NCBI GenBank assembly: GCA_012735285.1
Contig: JAAYHT010000093.1
Location: 1 to 26,810 of the forward strand
Length of the DNA stretch: 26,810 nucleotides
Source of the DNA: Clostridiales bacterium
GTDB lineage: Bacteria > Bacillota > Clostridia > Peptostreptococcales > Anaerovoracaceae
Direction of reading: 5' to 3'
The notes below the pieces were generated by a model that worked only from the letters and a program-made list of their open reading frames with translations, was not told the DNA's origin and ran no database searches. Below, one piece after another: positions 26,566 through 26,810 of the stretch (position 1 is the stretch's first letter; each line of letters starts with the position of its first letter). The position numbers and the translations under genes are program-made.

Positions 26566-26810
26566 TTTCCTAACCTCATTTATTCTTGAATTTTTGTATG
26601 ATAGTGGATATAATACTTATTCTAAGCATCTCTTTTTCAAAATTTCCCCACTATTCAATATTGAGAGTATTTTATCATTTCAAAAAATATTTGTCTATAA
26701 TTATACAGCATAGAAATGACCTTAAGGTGGGAAAATTCTTTGTAAGGTCTATTTGTATCCTGAACAATGATATGAGATAATACATTTGTGTCAAAAAAGT
26801 ATAAAAAAAG

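Noticed and set aside
26586-26780. 64-aa + strand ORF and a loose GACCTTA/TAAGGTC inverted repeat at about 26718-26749
   Set aside because: No RBS and no recognisable motif; it lies in the AT-rich region upstream of the FAA hydrolase gene. The repeat is short and matches no riboswitch I recognise.

Overview
Low-GC Firmicute (Clostridia-type) chromosomal segment; the taxonomy is inferred from gene content. The left ~2.2 kb is an AT-richer accessory islet lying just downstream of the 3' end of a minus-strand tRNA-Lys(CTT). It holds a decayed Abi_2/AbiF-family HEPN toxin gene (113..811, minus strand: two in-frame stops and a probable internal in-frame deletion). The last codons of that gene contain a near-consensus sigma-A promoter that would drive a ~62-nt two-hairpin RNA (105..44), a candidate RNA antitoxin. 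The islet also holds a PadR/DUF2812 pair with an operator palindrome. To the right of the tRNA are an unannotated 47-aa N/Q/R-rich microprotein and a zinc-ribbon membrane protein. Then come pckA (in-frame TAA inside the Walker A motif), UPF0182, glutamine synthetase (in-frame TAG), serS, DUF951 and a Leu T-box-controlled leuACDB operon. The remainder encodes a P-type ATPase (PEGL reads PAGL), a nitroreductase, a MocR regulator lacking the canonical PLP lysine, a divergent ECF S-component with an internal insertion, a patatin (DGG reads DRG), a cation/Ca antiporter, a sirtuin and an FAA hydrolase. Single-base lesions in conserved motifs recur, with no frameshifts seen, so assembly error versus real decay needs checking. 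No CRISPR array, rRNA, transposase or integrase was seen.
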